A stretch of DNA of 15,097 bases from a virus, in IMG/VR virus record IMGVR_UViG_3300044957_001275; one strand, given 5' to 3'. The notes beneath the pieces were generated by a model, which was not told the DNA's origin, searched no databases, and saw nothing but the letters and a program-made list of their open reading frames with translations. A program made the position numbers and the translations under genes. Shown piece after piece: positions 14,555-15,097 of the stretch. Each line of letters opens with the position of its first letter. Positions within the stretch are counted from its first letter, which is position 1.

Positions 14555-14855
14555 TTGAAGGACCTACTCTATTTGACATAGCTTCGTCAATTATTTCTGA
14601 TAGCAATTTTGTATCTCGATAACCTTTATCATACAAAACAGAAATAATTGGCTTAGGGTCAATATGATTGTATGTTATAAGTTGAAGATTTAAAACATCA
14701 TTAATTGAATATAATCTATAATTATTCAAATCTCTCTTAGGGGAAGGGTAACGTTTACTTTTTTCTCTGTTAGCAACAGTAAGAGTTGAAACATTAAGTA
14801 TTTCTGCCACTTCTGACCTATTAAAAGATGGAATAGATGACTTTAGTTTCGCCAA
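14535..14855 (-). CDS. MerR-like HTH DNA-binding protein
   Basis: 106 aa; FNRSEVAEILNVSTLTVANREKSKRYPSPKRDLNNYRLYSINDVLNLQLI matches the MerR wing-HTH arrangement. Confidence 0.7.
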   Translation of the reverse strand: MAKLKSSIPSFNRSEVAEILNVSTLTVANREKSKRYPSPKRDLNNYRLYSINDVLNLQLITYNHIDPKPIISVLYDKGYRDTKLLSEIIDEAMSNRVGPSNVAKRK

Positions 14856-14920
14856 AATTTTCTACCTTTTTTAAAGTTTATATATGTATATATACTAGCA
14901 CAACCAAAGAACAAAAACAA

Positions 14921-15097
14921 CTAACTGAATATAATATGTGTCAAATAGCTTTGATGATCACTAATAAACTGCATAAAATTATCATACATAGTATTCGGTC
15001 GACACAAAGTATTTTTTGAAAAATCATCAGCCTGTTTGTAAGCGTCAAGAATAGTTGTTTTTTGATTACGAAGCCGATCTGCAGCCCATCTATAATA
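14921..15097 (-). CDS. C-terminus of a gene truncated by the right window edge
   Basis: Open frame YYRWAADRLRNQKTTILDAYKQADDFSKNTLCRPNTMYDNFMQFISDHQSYLTHIIFS* (58 codons) not in the supplied track. Confidence 0.6.
   Translation of the reverse strand, partial: YYRWAADRLRNQKTTILDAYKQADDFSKNTLCRPNTMYDNFMQFISDHQSYLTHIIFS

Overview
This window looks like an AT-rich tailed-phage (Caudoviricetes-like) genome segment, mostly transcribed on the minus strand. Recognisable content, left to right: a small lipoprotein and a holin-like membrane protein; a cysteine-rich plus-strand ORF; a three-gene cluster of two Fe(II)/2-oxoglutarate oxygenase-like proteins and a glutathione-peroxidase-like protein; a ~3.4 kb region of overlapping minus-strand ORFs in changing frames (4079-7496) that reads like one long protein with a metalloprotease-type HETGH motif; tRNA-Gly(UCC); a divergent intergenic region with two plus-strand genes; a 6PGDH-type NAD-binding protein; a DUF4314-like protein; a zinc-ribbon-like protein; an HslV/proteasome-beta-like Ntn hydrolase; a KTSC-domain protein; tRNA-Arg(UCU); small unknown proteins; a UDG-superfamily-like protein; an SSB; and a MerR-like HTH protein. 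The strongest unexplained signals are (1) the chain of frame changes confined to 4079-7496, with a 58-bp degenerate repeat (50/58 identical) at two of the junctions, each ending in the same TCC-CCC-A context compatible with a +1 shift; (2) a perfect 25-bp tandem duplication carrying an extended -10 promoter-like motif (TGATATAAT); and (3) the metabolic/peptidase cargo (GPx-like, 6PGDH-like, Ntn hydrolase). No CRISPR array or clear mobile element was found. All family assignments come from reading motifs by eye; no database search was run.
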